Origin: Octopus vulgaris
Lineage: Eukaryota
NCBI GenBank assembly: GCA_951406725.2
Contig: OX597831.1
Location: 20,646,001-20,710,000, forward strand
Direction: 5' to 3'
DNA: 64,000 nucleotides
Part shown: positions 1-13,050 of the stretch, in pieces
Layout of the letters: the number at the start of each line of letters is the position of its first letter
Position numbering within the stretch: position 1 is the first letter of the stretch
Translations under genes and position numbers: made by a program
Notes under the pieces: generated by a model
Told to the model about the DNA's origin: nothing
The model's input: the letters and a program-made list of their open reading frames with translations, nothing else
Database searches by the model: none

Positions 1-29
1 AGAGAGTGTGTGAGCGAACGTGAGAGAGA

Positions 30-88
<59 letters not shown>

Positions 89-545
89 GCGACAGAGATG
101 GAAACAGAGAGAGAGAGAGAAAGAAAGAGAGAGAGAGAAAGGGAGAGAGAGAAAGGGAGAGAGAGAGAGGGACAGAGACTGTGTGTAACAGAGCAGGAAT
201 TTGGAGGAGAAATGAAGAGTGCGAGGGAGCGAATGTGACAGAAGAGAGAGAGAAAGAAAGAGAGAAAGAGAAAGAGAGAGAGAAGGGAGACAGAAAGAGA
301 CGGGAGACAGAGAGGGCAGCACAGAGAGGGCAGCACAGAGAGAGAGAGACAGACTGAGAGAGAGAGAGAGGGGGGCAGGGAGTGTTTGGAACAGAGCAGG
401 AATTTGGAGGAGAAATGAAGAGAGCGAGCGAGAGAGAGAGAGAGAGCGGAAGAAAGGGAGAGAGAGGAAGAAAGAGAGAGAAAGAGAGAGACAGAGGAAG
501 AAAGATAGAGACAGAGGAAGAAAGAGAGAGAAAAGAGAGAGAGGG
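1..545. repeat. (GA)n purine-rich low-complexity tract with an internal ~200-bp-period duplication
   Basis: Nearly pure A/G; AACAGAGCAGGAATTTGGAGGAGAAATGAAGAG occurs at ~187 and ~390. Confidence 0.9.
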
Positions 546-849
546 CTGTTTTTTCATTTAAGTTTTTTGTTTGTATCTATCTAGATCGTGTGGTACGGTT
601 TGATACATCGATGAAGAATATATCGATGTCCTCTAACATTTATTCAATAACTTAAATGTTTCACGGATGTTATCGCACTCTCTGCTGGCATTTCTGACTT
701 TTTCTTTTGGTTTTGTTTTTGTACGCTCAATATAGTCTATATAGTGAGAATTACAAACGCGCACATTAAACACGTGCATATACATTATATTCTTTTATTT
801 TTTTTGTACCTTTTAGCACTAACGCTGTAGCCATGCTGAGACGCCATAT

Positions 850-1007
850 ATATGGCTGTGTGGTAAGAATCTTCCTTCCCAACGAGATGGTTCTGGATTC
901 AGTCCCACTGCGTGGGACTTTCGGCAGGTGGTGTCTCCTACGATACCCCACGGGCCGACCAAAGCCTTGTGAGTGGATTTGGTAGACGGAAACTAAATGA
1001 AGTCCGT

Positions 1008-1012
<5 letters not shown>
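850..1012 (+). mobile_element. tRNA-derived SINE family A, 5' half
   Basis: TGGCTGTGTGGTAAG A-box-like head, GGATTCAGTCCC B-box-like, then GGGCCGACCAAAGCCTTGTGAGTGGATTTGGTAGACGGAAACT, shared with copies at 9550, 24830, 53670 and 57450. Confidence 0.85.
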
Positions 1013-1063
<51 letters not shown>

Positions 1064-1155
1064 CACATGTATATATATATATGTGATCTCTTGAGCACCA
1101 CCAGCTCAAATATTTTTTCCTTTGTCTTCCCTTCTTGGGATCTTTCCTTCTCCTT

Positions 1156-1190
1156 GTTTCCGACGAAGAGCTCCGCTCGAAACGTTAAAC
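1156..1190 (+). ncRNA. Minimal type I hammerhead variant in a (TA)n-flanked ~210-bp repeat (1082-1295)
   Basis: GTTT-CCGACGA-A-GAG[ctccg]CTC-GAAA-CG-TT-AAAC: stem I GTTT/AAAC, stem II GAG/CTC, palindromic ACGT stem III; U4>C in core. Confidence 0.6.
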
Positions 1191-1291
1191 CCTCCTTCCC
1201 TTCTTTCCTGAGCGTCAATAATACTTTAATTGTTCCACGTCCTGCGTTGCTGTATATATTTTTCTCTTTTTTCTGTGTTTTCTTGTTTGGA

Positions 1292-1351
<60 letters not shown>

Positions 1352-1370
1352 CATACATATATATGTGCAC

Positions 1371-1445
<75 letters not shown>

Positions 1446-1555
1446 CATACTGCTATTTAGTCCTAGGAAGCAGCAACGCTTCCTGTCGGACTTGACATTT
1501 CCTGTGTCATTATGTTTGAATGGGGGAAATAAGCACCTCCACCCAGCTAAGCCTG

Positions 1556-1601
1556 CTCCCAGAGACTAGTTTCTGAGTCTTTGCTTGTCATCAGTCTGGA
1601 G
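1556..1601 (-). ncRNA. Type I hammerhead ribozyme motif (canonical core, GUC site)
   Basis: Minus strand CTCCAGA-CTGATGA-caagcaaagactca-GAAA-CTAG-TC^TCTGGGAG; stem I TCCAGA/TCTGGG, palindromic ACTAGT stem III; stem II weak. Confidence 0.75.
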
Positions 1602-2189
1602 TAGCTTGGCCTTATTTCTTTATTATTGGCACAATGGCCTGATTATATATATAGAGGGGACAATACAAAATACATGCGGGGACACAAAACGAATGAAAAA
1701 AATGAAAATGAAATGAATATAAACAGGATGTAAATGAGACAGCCGCCTCGCCCCCGCTGCGAGACGAACTGTGATTATCTCTACATAGAACTTACTTTCT
1801 TAAACTTACAAAAAAACTTAACAAAAAACATTTGCTACAATGCGAAACTGTGTCCTTTTCTTTCATTTTTTTTTGTTCTACAGTTCGTATATGACCTTTT
1901 ACGAATTACAATTTTTCTTTCTCTTTTCTTTTTTTTTTACGATGTAATTGTTTGTTCATCAATTTTTCATTATTACGATTTATAACGTTCATTTTTTTCC
2001 CTTCGTAATTTTTCTACATTTTCCTACTTACCTTTTTCCATCCTTTCCCGTTATGTTTCTCTCTGTTTTTTTTTTTGTTGTTTTCGTCTGTGCTTTTTTC
2101 TTCCTTCTCCTCCTCGCCGTTGTGGTTCTTCTCTCCACTGCAACTCCACATTCTGCACTCTCCTATATTCCGGTTCATCTGTATCTCTG

Positions 2190-2800
2190 TTGGTGGTGTC
2201 TGCTGTGGTAGTGTGTGGTGTGGTGTTGTTGGGGTATAAGGGAGGCGAGATTGGGGGAAGCAAGGATGGGGTGGGGTGGAATGGGATGTGCAGGAATGGT
2301 GGAGTTGGAATGTGTAGGGGTGGGTAACGAGGGCGGGGGTGACAATGAATTGAGAGGTTGAAAGGGAGAAGGTGGATAGGAGAGAAGAGAGGAGATAGGT
2401 GCCAGAGCAAAAGAGATGTGGTTGGGAGGAAGTAGGTGTGAGAGGAAGGAGGGGAGAGGAGGAGGGTTAGATGAAGAGGGGAGGAGAGTTGAGCCCATGG
2501 GGCGCAACGGAGCGAAGAGAAGATTAATCGCCGCTCACGGTGACGACAGGTGTCCAGATGGCCCCTGTGCAAGAACAATCCGAACACAAGATGTTGCAAA
2601 GAGTGACCAGTAGAGCGGAAATAGCGCAAGACTGCGGTGTCGTTGCCGAGTCAGATGTCTTGGAGGTGTTCCGCGAACCGGTCAGTCAAGTGGCGTCCCG
2701 TTTGACTGATATATAGAGGACAGAGAGAGAGCAGGAGATGCAGTATATGACGTTGCTAGAAGTGCAGGTGAAGGTGTCAGTGATATAATAGGGTCAATGA
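2190..2800 (-). mobile_element. Penelope-like element 3' fragment: GIY-YIG endonuclease pseudogene plus C-rich 3' region
   Basis: Minus-strand translation [62 protein letters not shown] matches the PLE GIY-YIG C-terminus; has a stop and a frameshift. Confidence 0.85.
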
Positions 2801-2807
2801 TATGTGC

Positions 2808-2889
<82 letters not shown>

Positions 2890-2894
2890 GTCTG

Positions 2895-2946
<52 letters not shown>

Positions 2947-2976
2947 GAGGTTTGTGCACATACATGTGTGTATGTT

Positions 2977-3033
<57 letters not shown>

Positions 3034-3035
3034 CG
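2808..3035. repeat. (TATC)n and (TA)n microsatellites
   Basis: Direct reading. Confidence 0.95.
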
Positions 3036-3380
3036 AGCCTAAACATGCTTACCTGCGTCACTGTATGTGTGTGTATGCATGCGTGCTCCCGAATGCGTGC
3101 GTGTGCGATTCTTCATGAAAGAATAAAGGAAGCCGAAACGCACCCTCTAAATCAAATCAAATCAGTTTATGATAATCTGAACACTTGGAGAACTTTACAA
3201 CAGTTCCGCATTTGAGTTAACCAGAACGAACATATACCAAAAGTCACATAAGTGCACACAGCGGACGCACACATATGCACACACACGCACACACAAGCGT
3301 ATACACCTACACGCATATTAAATAATCACATGCCCTGCACATGAGGGCCAGTAAAGTGGTCAATTTTGCCGCTTGAGGAA

Positions 3381-3962
3381 GGCGGTGAGCTGGCAGAAAC
3401 GTTAGTACGCCGGGCAAGATGCATAGCGGTATTTCGTCTGCGTTACGTTGTGAGTTCAAATTCCGCCGAGGTCGACTTTGCCTTTCATCCTTTCGGGGTC
3501 GATAAATTAAGTACCAGTTGCGCACTGGGGTCGATGTAATCGACTTAATACCTATGACTGTCCTTGTTTGTCCCCTCTGTGTTTAGCCCCTTGTGGGTAA
3601 TAAAGAAATAGGTATTTTGTCTATCTTTACGTTCTGACTTCAAATTCCACCGAGATCGACTTTGCCTTTCATCCTTTCGGGGTCGATTAAATAAGTACCA
3701 GTTACGCACTGGGGTCGATGTAATCGACTTAATCTGTGTGTCTGTCCTTGTTTGTCCCCTCTGTGTTTAGCCCCTTGTGGGTAGTAAAGAAATAGGTATT
3801 TTGTCTACCTTTACGTTCTGACTTCAAACTCCACCGAGATCGACTTTGACTTTCATCCTTTAGGGATCGATAAACAAAGCACCATTTGCGTACTGGGGTC
3901 GATCTAATCGAGTGGCCCCCCCCAAAAAAATTTCGGGCCATGTGCCCAGAGTAGAAAAGAAT
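3381..3962 (+). mobile_element. SINE family B (MetaSINE-like central domain), trimeric copy
   Basis: Head GGCGGTGAGCTGGCAGAAACGTTAG, then three GAGGTCGACTTTGCCTTTCATCCTTTCGGGGTCGAT-type domains at ~184-bp period; degenerate TSD TTGCCGCTTGAGG/TTGACGCCTGAGG (3366-3378, 3964-3976). Confidence 0.9.
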
Positions 3963-4301
3963 ATTGACGCCTGAGGGCTTATATGGATTATCAAGGGGTG
4001 GATAAACACCTGAAACAATCACGTGTGCTGGATTTTTCGTCGATGGTTATCAACATGAATAAATTTTAATTAAAAGAGTTACATCTGAAATACAATATTT
4101 CTTTTTTAAAAGTGATGATTTGAAAAAAAACGAAGAAATTATTGCTTTTACAATAAGAATTTTTTTATTAAATATATTAATTATTTTTTTTATTAATTTC
4201 AATTTTAAAAATAGGTCATCGATAAATTACGAAAGATTCTAGTTAGCTGGTCAGACAGAAGTTTGATAATTCTTGCTCTACACATTTCCAGGGAAACATC
4301 T

Positions 4302-4373
<72 letters not shown>

Positions 4374-4419
4374 AAGCTACTGCACGCATTTTTTTCTCCT
4401 TTCTGTGTTTTCTGTGTAT

Positions 4420-4455
4420 CTTTCTGTTGAAGAGCGTAGGCTCGAAACGTAATAT
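4420..4455 (+). ncRNA. Degenerate minimal hammerhead variant
   Basis: CTGTTGA-A-GAG[cgtagg]CTC-GAAA-CG-TA; same family as 1156 and 24157; A6>U and the 3' strand of stem I is lost. Confidence 0.45.
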
Positions 4456-4706
4456 TATTTACTACCAATTGTTCGTTGTGCCCTGTCTACAAAAGCAAAC
4501 GAATTAGTCATAAGACAAAAATATTATTCATATAGAAAAATATTATTCATGTGGTTAAACAATTAAGGGCTCCTAAATAAAGATGCCGAGTGCTGGGAAC
4601 ACAAAAAGGGGATGAATTTATCGAGAGTGAAAATCAAAAACGTATATATATATGTATATACATACATACATGCATACAGACACAGACGCAAACACACACA
4701 CACACA

Positions 4707-4739
<33 letters not shown>

Positions 4740-5057
4740 ATTAACACACAAATCTTGGGATAATTCTTTAAAATTGTTTTGACTTAAACAAAGGCAAAGC
4801 TTACCATTGTATTAGTGACCGGTTTGAATTGTATGAAATGACAAATACATCTAAAAAAAACATATATGCATTTCTACATGTTTTAGGTGTGTATATATGA
4901 GGTACGTCGCTTCATGAGAACTGCAAACGAGATATCCGAAAGCTATTTCCTGATTAACAGGGATACAAATCCTGCAGGACTGCATAATGGTCGAAAAGTT
5001 GCTAAGTAAACGCGAATCTCTACGCAATGTTACACACACACACACACACACACACAA

Positions 5058-5257
5058 TTCTGCCTTAGAAACCTTCTTGGCATAAAGTGAAAGATTATTG
5101 GCGTCGAGGTACTCACTCGTGTTAGTCTCCCTTGCATCTACACCAACATGATGCAGTCATAGCTTCGCTGGACAGGTTCTATAATTCGCATGCAAGACCA
5201 CCGATTCCCAAAGAAACTACTGTATAGCGAACTACAGCAAGGCAAGCGCTTCCACGG

Positions 5258-5292
<35 letters not shown>

Positions 5293-5600
5293 TGTGTGTG
5301 TGAATGTGTGAAAATTGTGCTTCCAAGAAGTCTTAAAAGCTTATCTGAAAGCTTTCACAATCATCCATGTGACATGGGAACAAATAGCGCAGGACAGGGG
5401 CAAGTTACGATCAGCTGTCCGTGAAGGCATTCAAACCTGCGAAGCCAATATGACCACTGCAGCTGAGCAACTCCGTATACTAGGAAAACCAGCGTCATCA
5501 AATGCTCAACCACTACTACCATTCACTGTTCACACTTCCGACGGATGAGGTCTGGCCTTCTCAGTCACCCCGCGTGCCCACAAAACCCAACCCCATCCCA
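5058..5600 (+). mobile_element. RTE-clade LINE 3' fragment, interrupted by (GT)n
   Basis: CLRNLLGIK..EVLTR..LRWTGSIIRMQDHRFPKKLLYSELQQGKRFHG..WEQIAQDRGKLRSAVREG is the typical RTE post-RT region. Confidence 0.85.
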
Positions 5601-5754
5601 ATTCCAACCCCTACCGGTCCTGCAACTTCAGGATCAGTTGCTGGTCTGCGTTACCTCGAAAGTCTTACATTATATGTTATCAGCTATGGCTATGTTACCG
5701 GACTGAAAAGCAGAAGGACATGTGTAGCTATGTTGTCAGAAATCTGGAGTAGGG

Positions 5755-6365
5755 AAAGGTGTGTTGTAAAGTTCTTGGCTTTAACTTTATCGGGAAAGGA
5801 GTGGAGGCGCAATGGCCCAGTAGTTAGGGCAGCGGACTCGCGGTCATAGGATCGCGGTTTCGATTCCTAGACCGGGCGTTGTGAGTGTTTATTGAGCGAA
5901 AACACCTAAAGCTCCACGAGGCTCCGGCAGGGGATGGTGGTGATCCCTGCTGTACTCTTTCACCACAACTTTCTCTCACTCTTACTTCCTGTTTCTGTTG
6001 TACCTGTATTTGAAGGGGCCAGCCTTGTCACTCTCTGTGTCACGCTGAATATCCACGAGAACTGCGTTAAGGGTGCACGTGTCTGTGGAGTGCTCAGCCA
6101 CTTACACGTTAATTTCACGAGCAGGCTGTTCTGTTGATTCGGATCAACCGGAACCCTCATCGTCGTAACCGACGGAGTGCTTCCAAAAAATCGGGAAAGG
6201 CTTGGTTGTAAGCCCAAATTTCCGAGTTCTTTTACAGGGCTTAGAAAAACTGGCTGCAATAAGTGTGTGAATCTGGGAGGAGAATATTTTGAATAAAATC
6301 ATAATTAACTGATCCTCTTGTATCTTCTTTTACCCGAAGCCAGGAATTTTTCAGCTGCCCCTCCT
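5755..6365 (+). mobile_element. Mariner-derived MITE (homolog of 38558-38772) with a nested SINE
   Basis: Encodes mariner C-terminal KCVNLGGEYFE*; TIR-like ends GTTGTAAAGTTCTTGGCTT / AAGCCAGGAATTTTTCAGC. Confidence 0.7.
5801..6189 (+). mobile_element. Full-length tRNA-derived SINE, head C + tail X
   Basis: A-box TGGCCCAGTAGTTAG, B-box GTTTCGATTCC; 11-bp TSD ATCGGGAAAGG at 5789-5799 and 6190-6200; near-identical copy at 31632-32015. Confidence 0.92.
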
Positions 6366-6817
6366 CAATAAACGTCTTACATTACTGACTTCATGGAACC
6401 GTTGATAACTTCTCTGATCTTGTCATGGAAAATTTCTAAAATAAAATTCATAAGTATAAGGAATAAAAAAATCACTTGATATGAAAACTAATACTTGCGT
6501 TCTTTTGTGCCATTACCGCTCTTAATAAGAAATATTTGAAGAAATTTAATGTTTCATTAAATACTAAACGAAATTGATAAAGTGCAATAAAAATTCAGTT
6601 ACAATATTTTGATAAAGTCGGAATATTTAAAGTGAAACGTGTTTGATGAATACCAATTTTTGTATCGATATTTGACAAGAAATTAGTGTGAATTAGAGTA
6701 AATTCAAAATTGCCAGCCAACAAAAACGATTCCACTGTAAATGGACAATAATTCCACAAGAGTATTGAGCGTTACTGTTACAATATTTTCATGAAATGTG
6801 CGCGCTTGTCATTAATT

Positions 6818-7756
6818 CTTTTCTACTCTAGGCACAAGGCCCGAAATTTTGGGGGAGGTTGCTAGTCGATTAGATCGACCCCAGTACGCAACGGGTACTT
6901 AATTTATCGACCCCGAAAGGATGAAAGGCAAAGTTGATCTCGGCAGAATTTGAACTCAGAACGAAAAGACAGACGAAACACCTATTTCTTTACTACCCAC
7001 AAGGGGCTAAACACAGATGGGACAACGGATTAAGTCGATCATATCGACCCCAGTGTGTAACTGGTACTTATTTAATAGACCCCGAAAGGATGGAAGGCAA
7101 AGTCGACCTCGGCGGAATTTGAACTCAGAACGTTGCGGCAGATGAAATACATATTTATTTACTGCCCACAAGGGGCTACACACAGAGGGGACAAACAAGG
7201 ACAGACAAACGGATTAAGTATAGACAAACGGATTAAGTCGATCATATCGACCCCACTGCGTAACTAGTACTTAATTATTCGACCCCGAAAGGATGAAAGG
7301 CAAAGTCGACCTCGGCGGAATTTGAACTCAGAATGTAGTGGCAGACGAAATACATATTTATTTACTGCCCACAAGGGGCTACACACAGAGAGGACAAACA
7401 AGGACAGACAAACGGATTAAATCGGTTATGTCGACCCCAGTGTGTAACTGGTACTTATTTAATCGACCCCGAAAGGATGAAAGGCAAAGTCGACCTGGGC
7501 GGAATTTGAACTCAGAACGTAGCGGCAGACGAAATACATATTTATTTACTGCCCACAAGGGGCTACACACAGAGAGGACAAACAGATTAAGTCGATTATA
7601 TCGACCCCAGTGTGTAACTGGTACTTATTTAATCGTCCCCGAAAGGATGAAAGGCAAAGTCGACCTGGGCGGAATTTGAACTCAGAACGTAGCGGCGGAC
7701 GGAATACCGGTAAGCATTTCGCCCGGCGCGCTAACGACTCTGCCAGCTCGCCGCTT
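6818..7756 (-). mobile_element. SINE family B pentameric copy
   Basis: Five Meta-like domains, one head at ~7755; 14-bp TSD GCTTGTCATTAATT at 6804-6817 and 7760-7773. Confidence 0.9.
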
Positions 7757-9202
7757 TGTGCTTGTCATTAATTGGCCGTGCAATCAATGAGTTGGTGTTA
7801 CATGCTTTCTAGTTGTATGCAAACGACGTAATATTTACCACGGCCTTTTGAATTTCCATGTATTTCAGATGAACTTTTTAAATTGAATCTTATTCATTTT
7901 GAAAATTATAAATACAGCTCGCTTTAAATTGTATATCCTAATGTTTCAAATAGCTCCAGTTGTGTTTTCGACTCCTTGCATTGCCACACAGAAACCCAGG
8001 AGTCAATATTGGCTAAGTTGCCGACTCCTGATCCCGAATGTGACAGTAACTGGAATAACTGTAATAGGCTATATTAAAGTCAAACATACAATGTGGTGGA
8101 TCTCCCTCATTTGATAATGCGGTTATTTGATCAAGTGGTTGACCTGATCCTGAAGTATCGTATAAGTGGATGTGCATGGCACAACACCTGTATCCTTTAA
8201 ATACATCTCAGGTAGAATCTGCGTAACATAGGGTGTGACAAAGATGGCCCTTTCAAATTACTGGTATAATCCATTCGATTTCCATATAATTTACGCGCAA
8301 CCAATTTCACTTACAAGATATTGGTTGCCCCGTGACTATAGAAAATGACATTAACTTATTACTAGGAATAACAGCTAAATTCTCAGCATTCTGAGTCTTG
8401 CAAAAAAGAGAAAACGACCCACTGAATACATCAACCATAATCATACTGTGTCTGAATACAAACCCGGATGATCACAACTAGAAACACAATTTACCATTGA
8501 TTTTCCTGAATGCGGCTGGCTGGGGTTAAACAACAACTACGAAAGCAACAACAGTATCATCATCCGTGACTATGAAACCGGTGGTCACAAGTTCTGTTTC
8601 AAATAGCAGCCACACTTTTCTCAAGTCATACGCCAGCGATAGTGGATTCAATTGTTTGATTTATCGAACCACATGCTTATTGAATTAGCATGTAAATGGC
8701 TGAGTATCCCGCAGATAGCTGTATCCTGTAATTTTCGGACAGCATCCATGTGTCGTAGTGGGTGTGACAAGGCTCCACGTTTTCGAATTACAGATACAAT
8801 CAACTCAATGGGATTCTCTACAGTATCCGTCTAACTAAATTTCCCTCATAAACATGTATTGTCCCAAGGTGATAACTATGGGGTGGAATCGAACTTCTGA
8901 TCTCGTAGACACGTCGTGAACTTAACAACTACCCCCACCATCATTGCCACACCACCACCACCACTACCGGTACTACCACCACAACCACAAATATCTTCTT
9001 CACTGCCACCATTACAACTACCGCCATCATAACCACCCCATCCACGACCACTACTACCACAACCACAACTGACAGCAGCTGCAGCAGGGGCAGTACCATC
9101 ATCAAACTACCTACATTACCACAACTATCAACACCACCATTACCACTGCCATCATTGTCACCACCACCACCGCCAACAACAACGACAATAACAGCTCACT
9201 CA

Positions 9203-9463
9203 TTTACTCTTTTAATTGTTTCAGTCATGTGACTGCGGCTATGCTGGAGCACCATCATTTAGTCGAGGTAATCAACCCCAGAACTTATTCTTTGTCAGCC
9301 TAGTAATTATTCTAGCGGTCTCTTTTGCCGAACCGCTAAGTTACGGGGACGTAAACACACCAGCATCGGTTGTCAAGCGATGTTGGGGGGACGAACACAG
9401 ATACATAAACACACACATACACACAGACACACACACATACACACATAGACACACACAGACACA

Positions 9464-9543
<80 letters not shown>

Positions 9544-9703
9544 CATATATACGACGGGCTTCTTTCAGTTTCCGTCTACCAAATCCACTCACAAGGATTT
9601 GGTCGGCTCGAGGGTATAGTAGAAGACACTTGCCCAAGGTGCCACGCAGTGGGACTGAACCCGGAACCATGTGGTTGGTAAGCAACCTAATTACCACACT
9701 GCT
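9203..9703 (-). mobile_element. Full-length SINE family A with internal (TG)n/(TA)n microsatellite
   Basis: Head at ~9700, core 9550-9660, internal microsatellite 9400-9550, 3' half ending GACTGAAACAATTAAAAGAGTAAA. Confidence 0.88.
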
Positions 9704-10978
9704 TCTCTTATAGCAGCTAAATCTCCCTCAAATCACACATCGCCTTTTGAGAAATTGATACAGTGGATAATGTGCTCATGAGTTCTCTGTACATAAAAAA
9801 GGTGAGATGGTCAAGGCTGGATTGCATTTTCTCTTAGATGAATTCTCTCAGCACTGACCAGAGACTCAACAACGAAACAAGGTCGCAGACAAACACACGA
9901 GATGGCCACGGATGGAATGTTTATAATCATACACATGTCTGTGCTATCATGACTTGCCTAGGGCTAAAGGACAAATCCAACAATAATAAGCCAGCGCAGA
10001 TCTTTTCTGTCCTTTCAATGAAATCTCACAATTCTTCGATCAAGTCCGGTGAGACGCAAGCGTGATTTCAATGGCTTCATGGACAAAAAACGATGATATC
10101 TCGCCAGTCTTGCATGAACATTTTATTATATTTCCACAATAAGATGATAATCTCGTGTGTTTCTGACAAAAATTATTCAGATTTTGGATGAAAATTGTGT
10201 TTTGTGAGATTTGTTCAAGATTTAATCTCGAAAATGTCTTATGTTTCATTTCATAATAGACTTGAAACCGCGTTAAATTCTCTTCAAGGTAAATTTTTGC
10301 TTTAGTAAAACGTCTTCTGAAGTGAAGAAAAATATCGATTTTTCATAGAAAATTATTATTATTATTATTATTATTATTTTGAAATCTTCAAAGTTTCAAT
10401 AGTAGTAACTAAACTTATAACTAAAGTTGTGTAAGAGACAATACTCATCCACAACCAGACTGTACTATCTTCAGGAAAAAAGAAATAAGAAGGCTATTGA
10501 AGTATATAACCAATAAAGAAATGACAAAATATACGCTGAAAATGGCTCGGCAGCATTTTGGTAGTAATCAAAGAAAGAGCTTTAGATTATATCACAGCAA
10601 TTGTGTAGAAGGAAGAACGTCGGATATGCCTATAAATGTAGTCGCCGTTACAACAATTCATACTTTTAGTTTTATAATTGTACATACATACATACATACA
10701 TACATACATACTTATATGGTACTTACATGACTATACATACGCACACATATATCTATGGGTGTATACATGGTTTTAGTTTAGTTTGATTGTATGATAAGTT
10801 GGTAAAGTGGACGAGAATTTTAAAATTCTTCATTATACGGAAATGTAAACCATTTCGTTGAAGCTCATTCTTTCCTGTAGATGTCTATTTGTCTATACGT
10901 ATGTATGTCTATGAGTCTCTTAGTGCGTGTGTATTGATGTGTATGTACACACACACACATACACATATATGTATATAC

Positions 10979-11014
<36 letters not shown>

Positions 11015-11625
11015 ATATATATACATATATATACATATATATATATATACATATATATTGACACACACACATATATATATGTATGCATGTATAGATATAT
11101 AGAGTATATGTTTGTGAAACATATGTAACTATATAAATACATACACATCCGTCTAATAATCTGCTTACATTATCTCTATCTTTCTATCTCTCTTTCTGTC
11201 TCTTTCTGTCTGTCTGTCTATCTTTCTATCTCTCTTTCTCCCTCTCTATACACTCACACACATATACTCTCCCACATTACTCAGTATTACAAGTTATATA
11301 AACTCTAATGGAACTTGAATGTGTAATTGTCTGAATCTCTGCATGTATAATTGTGTGTATATGTGCATATACCCATAAGTATGTATGCATATATGTATAC
11401 ACATACACACACACACACACATGTATATGCATAAACTAAAGAAATCTCTCTACCCTAATGCAGTAAGGCGAGTTCAAAAACATATGTCAAAAAGATCATA
11501 TAAAAATCTCCTCGTGGAAACTGACGGAGAAAAGCCCCAACTTTCGAAACAGTAAGTGACTCCCTTTTTCTCTCTCTCCACTTCTGTTTTCGCTTTGTGT
11601 CTGAAACACAGCTTTCGTCAGATTC

Positions 11626-12827
11626 ATGCTCAAGATAGGTAGTATAAATGTGCGTCGCTTGGGGTCGCTTTGGAAAAAAAGATTACCTGTTAAACAACAT
11701 CAAGCCACAAAATGTAGATATCATAGCCATCAACGAAACCAAACTCTTCAACACGCGGACCCTCTAGCCCATGTTCGGCAGACAATTCAATATCTATTTC
11801 CCCTCGTGTCTGCCGAGAATGGGCGGTAGTGGTACTGCGGTGCCTTTTTTAAGGAGTCTGGATCTGAAAGTAAGGGCAGCAATCCCAGACCCGCTGGGCA
11901 TGCTGGTCGTCTTGGATGTCAATGGCGGTAACGGCTGTGCTTTCCTACTTATAGCAGTGCATTCACCGTCCTTAACAGGTCGGCCGGATATCTTTCGACG
12001 TCTAGAGGTTTTCCTGGGAACGTAGAGACAGGAAGAGAAGGGGATGCAAGTGCCTCATAGATCTGCTCAGACGTTTGCAACTGTCTGACATGTACCAACT
12101 CGACTACCCGAATACGCTAATGTGGACATGGCGCAACCGCATCGGGTCGTCCAGATCGTATTTATATAGAGTATTCTGTAGGACAGTGAATAGGGATAGT
12201 GTAGGCTGTCCACAATTTCACATAGTCAGCTACACAGATCACAAATTCGTGACTCGTACGCTCGACTTAGACAAGAAGCATAGGCAAGACCCAGGTTGCT
12301 GGAAGCTGAACGCATCTTTCACAGTGCGACAAGCTTAAGAGGGCGTTGACGGGGGCCATCGTCAACAATAAATCGTGGTTTGTCCTAAAGAGGGTAATCA
12401 AAGCAGAATCGATTAGGTATAGCAAAGCTTTAGCTATAGACCGAATTAGAACAGAGAGAGACTTAGTTAAGAAATTAGAAGAGACACTTAGAACTGACAT
12501 CACCACCAACGTGCTAATGGCAAGGTTGGTCCTTGACCAACATTTCAACGCCGAACACAAAGGTTAAGTTGTCAGAGCTAGAATGCGTGCCCTAAGAAAT
12601 GAAGGAATTGCAGCTGCCCGAGAGGCCCGGGTGTCAGAGGCGCAACATGGCAACAAAGCCACCATTGAGTTTCTGATGGACGAGCAGGGTTGTGAATTAC
12701 TCGAGCCCGAAAGGATGTGTGAGGCCTTTCAGCAGCACTTTGCCCGACTGTTCGGGACGAGTGGTGGGTCAGAACACAAGGTGGACTTTAGTGCCTACCT
12801 GCGTGGCCTGCCACGACTCTCAGCAAA
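11626..12827 (+). mobile_element. Tx1/L1-clade LINE ORF2 fragment (APE endonuclease and linker), pseudogenised
   Basis: MLKIGSINVRRL..AINETKL..WTW..SRSYLYR..YTDHKFV..GCWKLNASF motifs across frameshifts and stops. Confidence 0.85.
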
Positions 12828-12898
12828 ACATACGAATCTGCACATATACATGCATACATACATACGTACACACATACATGCATACTTACATGCACACA

Positions 12899-12995
<97 letters not shown>

Positions 12996-13012
12996 GTCTA
13001 TCTGTCTGCCTA

Positions 13013-13050
<38 letters not shown>

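Noticed and set aside
605-630. CATCGATGAAGAA resembles the conserved 5.8S rRNA motif
   Set aside because: Only 13 nt match; flanks are not rRNA-like
2175-2507. Proline-rich ORF suggesting a transcription-factor exon
   Set aside because: It is the C-rich 3' region of the Penelope-like remnant
5801-5875. tRNA-like sequence with A and B boxes
   Set aside because: SINE head: continuous with the SINE body, multicopy, TSD-flanked
6818-7756. Regularly spaced repeats superficially like a CRISPR array
   Set aside because: Whole units repeat with no unique spacers; eukaryotic SINE multimer with no cas genes
11580-11625. Minus-strand CTGACGA..hairpin..GAAA hammerhead-like motif
   Set aside because: No stem III/NUH site or stem I
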